From: a virus
IMG/VR virus record: IMGVR_UViG_3300009180_000022
Strand: one strand, 5' to 3'
DNA: 64,000 nt
This document shows positions 61,007 to 64,000 of this stretch, in pieces (position 1 is the first letter of the stretch; every line of letters begins with the position of its first letter). The notes beneath the pieces were generated by a model that worked only from the letters and a program-made list of their open reading frames with translations, was not told the DNA's origin and ran no database searches. Position numbers and translations under genes: made by a program.

Positions 61007-62067
61007 AGGTTGCAATTCTTGGTGACACCCATTTCGGAGCGCGCGGTGATAGTGCCCACTTTCATAAACTGTTTAAAAGATTTTACGATGAGGTCTTTTT
61101 TCCCTACCTAAAAGCAAACAGTATAGAGTATGTAATTCAACTAGGTGATGTTTTTGATAGACGTAAATACATTAACTATCAAACGTTGAGTAGTGCAAGG
61201 GAGTATTTCTTTGAGCCGTTAAATAGAGACTTTAAAAGCTGGCTGCTTGTTGGTAATCATGATACCTACTACAAGAACACCAACGAAGTTAATTCACTCG
61301 ACCTGTTATTACAGCAATATGAAAATATTCATCAAGTGCATTCGGCATGTGAGCTTGGACTTGAAGGTACATCCATTCTATTAGTACCCTGGATTGCACC
61401 TGATAACCAGATTGAAATACTTAACGATATGCAAACGTCACGCTCCCAGATATGTATGGGTCACTTTGAGATAAGTGGATTTGAGATGCATAAGGGCGCT
61501 GTATGTGATACAGGGCTTAACCGCGATGTGTTTGATAAGTTTGATCTAGTTATATCAGGTCACTTTCACACTAGGAGTATCCGTAATAACATCACATACA
61601 CAGGCACTCCCTATCAAATGACCTGGGCAGACTTTGATGATCCAAAAGGATTTCACATATTAGACACTAACACCAGGGAGATGGAGTTTATACCTAACCC
61701 TAATGTTATGTTCCATAAGGTATGGTATGATGACTTGAACAAAAGCATGACTGACGTTATTGTAGATGACTACACCCTGTATAAAGACTCAATCGTAAAA
61801 GTAATTATTAAAAATAAAACTAATCCTTATTGGTTTGATTTGTTTATCGAGCGTTTAGAGAAGTCAGGCCTATTAGATCTACAGGTCGTAGAAGATCACC
61901 TTAACCTTAACTTAGAAGATGATTCTGATATAGTTAATGAGGCAGAAGATACACTTACTATTCTTAATAAGTTTGTTGATCAGCTGGAACTCAAAGTTGA
62001 TAAACTAAAACTGGAAAGCCTACTACGTAACCTATACAATGAAGCGTTATCAATGGAGATTGCGTGA
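61003..62067 (+). CDS. gp47: Recombination nuclease gp47 (Mre11/SbcD-like)
   Basis: Metallophosphoesterase motifs GDTHFG, LGDVFDRRK, VGNHD, MGHFE and SGHFH. Confidence 0.95.
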   Translation: MKVAILGDTHFGARGDSAHFHKLFKRFYDEVFFPYLKANSIEYVIQLGDVFDRRKYINYQTLSSAREYFFEPLNRDFKSWLLVGNHDTYYKNTNEVNSLDLLLQQYENIHQVHSACELGLEGTSILLVPWIAPDNQIEILNDMQTSRSQICMGHFEISGFEMHKGAVCDTGLNRDVFDKFDLVISGHFHTRSIRNNITYTGTPYQMTWADFDDPKGFHILDTNTREMEFIPNPNVMFHKVWYDDLNKSMTDVIVDDYTLYKDSIVKVIIKNKTNPYWFDLFIERLEKSGLLDLQVVEDHLNLNLEDDSDIVNEAEDTLTILNKFVDQLELKVDKLKLESLLRNLYNEALSMEIA

Positions 62068-63779
62068 TATTTTTTAAAACTATAAGATGGAAAAACTTTC
62101 TTAGTACTGGCAACACATTTACTGAGATTGACTTTACAAAACATAAGTCAACACTTATTATTGGTGAGAACGGCGCCGGTAAATCTACCCTACTGGATGC
62201 GTTGTGCTTTGCGCTCTACGGTAAGCCGTTTAGAAAGATTAATAAGCCTCAGTTGGTTAACTCCATTAATGGTAAGGCACTTGAGGTAGAAGTTGAATTT
62301 AGTATTGGTAAAAGAGAATATAAAGTAAGGCGTGGTATAAAGCCTGCTATCTTTGAAATCTATCAAGATGGCAAGGTAATTAACCAGGATGCTGAATCGC
62401 GAGACTATCAGGAGATGTTTGAGCGTAGCATTATTAAGCTAAGCCATAAATCGTTCTCTCAGATCGTCATCCTCGGTAGTGCAGCGTTTGTACCATTCAT
62501 GCAGTTGTCTGCAATGAACCGCAGAGAAGTCATTGAGGACTTACTGGATATACAGATATTCTCTACTATGAACACCCTACTCAAGGGCAAACTATCAACC
62601 AACAGGGATAACGCTATTAGTGCCGACTTCAATACAAAGAGTACTGGTGAGAAGATTGAACTGTATAAGAAGCATATTGAGTCATTAAAGCAGAACAATG
62701 AAGAGTTAGTCAATCAGAAAAAGGTAAAGGTTACCGAGCTTTCTACCAGCATTGAAAATACAAATAAAACGATTGAATTACTGCAAACTGAAATAGAGGG
62801 GTTGTCAAGTAGTATTAGTGATCAAGACAAAGTACGATCAAGGCTGGAAAAAATCCGAGATATATCAAGACAGGTTGACCTTCGGTTAGAGAAACTACGC
62901 AAAGAGACGCAATTCTTCACATCGCATGATGACTGCCCAACCTGCCGTCAAGGAATTGCACATGATCACAAGTCTTCTATTATTGAGAAAAGCAATAGTC
63001 AAATTACTGAGGTTGAAGCAGGTAAACAAAAAATCACAGAAGAACTGGATAGTATTAATACCAGACTTACAGACATCTCAAGTGTATCCACTACTATTTC
63101 TACTAAGAATAGAGAAGTGTCAGATTTACTAATACAGTGCCGTACATGGGCATCGTTCATTGAAGATATAAAGAAGGAGATAGAGGCGCTAAACACCTCT
63201 AATAAGCAAATAGAGTCTAATAATGAAGAGCTGAAAGAGTTGAAAGATCAACTTAAGACCTTGATTAATCAGAAGGAAACACTTATACTTGAGAAACAAG
63301 TGCTAGATGTTGCCAATACTCTACTTAAAGATTCAGGTATAAAGACAAAGATCATTAAGCAGTATGTTCCTATTATGAATAAATTAGTTAACAAGTATCT
63401 TGCATCGATGGATTTTTTTGTTAACTTTGAATTAAACGAGTCGTTTGAAGAAACAATCAAATCAAGGTTTAGGGATGCATTTAGCTATGAGTCGTTTAGT
63501 GAAGGTGAAAAGTCACGTATCGATTTAGCGTTGTTATTTACATGGCGTGCAGTAGCTAAGTTACGTAATAGTGCATCTACTAACTTGCTTATCTTGGATG
63601 AGGTGTTTGATAGCTCAATGGACGTGCAAGGGAGTGATGAACTGATGAAGATATTGCAAACCCTGGCTGGTGATACAAACGTATTTGTTATTAGTCATAA
63701 GACTGATCAGCTGGTAGATAAGTTTAATAATGTAATTAGATTTGAAAAACACAAGAACTTTTCAAGAATGTGTAATTAA
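62064..63779 (+). CDS. gp46: Recombination ATPase gp46 (Rad50/SbcC-like)
   Basis: Walker A GENGAGKST, zinc hook CPTC, signature FSEGEK, Walker B LILDEVFD and ISH. Confidence 0.96.
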   Translation: MIFFKTIRWKNFLSTGNTFTEIDFTKHKSTLIIGENGAGKSTLLDALCFALYGKPFRKINKPQLVNSINGKALEVEVEFSIGKREYKVRRGIKPAIFEIYQDGKVINQDAESRDYQEMFERSIIKLSHKSFSQIVILGSAAFVPFMQLSAMNRREVIEDLLDIQIFSTMNTLLKGKLSTNRDNAISADFNTKSTGEKIELYKKHIESLKQNNEELVNQKKVKVTELSTSIENTNKTIELLQTEIEGLSSSISDQDKVRSRLEKIRDISRQVDLRLEKLRKETQFFTSHDDCPTCRQGIAHDHKSSIIEKSNSQITEVEAGKQKITEELDSINTRLTDISSVSTTISTKNREVSDLLIQCRTWASFIEDIKKEIEALNTSNKQIESNNEELKELKDQLKTLINQKETLILEKQVLDVANTLLKDSGIKTKIIKQYVPIMNKLVNKYLASMDFFVNFELNESFEETIKSRFRDAFSYESFSEGEKSRIDLALLFTWRAVAKLRNSASTNLLILDEVFDSSMDVQGSDELMKILQTLAGDTNVFVISHKTDQLVDKFNNVIRFEKHKNFSRMCN

Positions 63780-63791
63780 TAAAGGATTAAT

Positions 63792-64000
63792 ATGGCGACA
63801 TTTTTATCGGAATTTGTTGATGGTGGGCCTACATGTAGTAGAGATGATTGCATGATTCAAGATCAAGGTGGAACCTCTACTATGGCATACTTCCCACCCA
63901 TCTATAACAACAACAATGTTAATATCAATCCTGATATGAACACTCAAACCTATAACAGAAGATGCCTTGCATGTGGTAAGGCCTGGACGGAGACATGGCA
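63792..64000 (+). CDS. Hypothetical Cys-containing (possible zinc-binding) protein, 3'-truncated by window edge
   Basis: AAGGA ribosome-binding site and ATG 63792. Reads MATFLSEFVDGGPTCSRDDC...RRCLACGKAWTETW, open to the end of the window. Confidence 0.55.
   Translation, partial: MATFLSEFVDGGPTCSRDDCMIQDQGGTSTMAYFPPIYNNNNVNINPDMNTQTYNRRCLACGKAWTETW

Noticed and set aside
1684-63460. Numerous minus-strand and short alternative-frame ORFs in the ORF track
   Set aside because: They overlap well-supported + strand genes, have no recognisable motifs and are the shadow ORFs expected from low-complexity Thr/Ser/Asn/Val coding sequence.
43918-63779. Introns, inteins or homing endonucleases in gp17, gp20, gp23, uvsW or gp46
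   Set aside because: All have ordinary lengths and continuous motifs, and intergenic gaps are too short for a free-standing endonuclease.
1-64000. tRNA, rRNA or host assignment
   Set aside because: No intergenic space with a cloverleaf or rRNA-like sequence was seen, and no host-diagnostic auxiliary genes are present in this window.

Overview
This 64 kb window is the virion morphogenesis region of a large AT-rich T4-like myophage, with all credible genes on the + strand. Gene order resembles cyanophage and environmental T4-like phages rather than T4 itself: baseplate (gp48, gp53, gp27-like hub, gp5, gp25, gp6, gp7, gp8, VrlC/DUF4815-like), a ~23 kb fibre/receptor-binding block, neck, terminase, tail and head genes (gp13-gp23, gp3), then uvsY, uvsW, gp55, gp47 and gp46. 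T4-type late promoters (TATAAATA and variants), a sigma70-like promoter and two hairpin terminators are visible. The standout is a two-gene cassette in the fibre block. A proline-free collagen-like fibre with Gly-X-Lys triplets and an S74 chaperone (24395-26464) is followed 15 bp later by one polypeptide fusing COLGALT-like GT25, PLOD/LH3-like glycosyltransferase and PLOD-like 2OG-Fe(II) lysyl hydroxylase domains (26480-28456). This looks like a complete animal-type collagen lysine hydroxylation and glycosylation pathway encoded beside its likely substrate. Other points are a possible plug-and-socket fibre assembly, a putative protease-processed internal head polyprotein, and three single-base lesions in conserved structural genes that are probably sequencing errors. 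All assignments come from motif recognition by eye; no searches were run.
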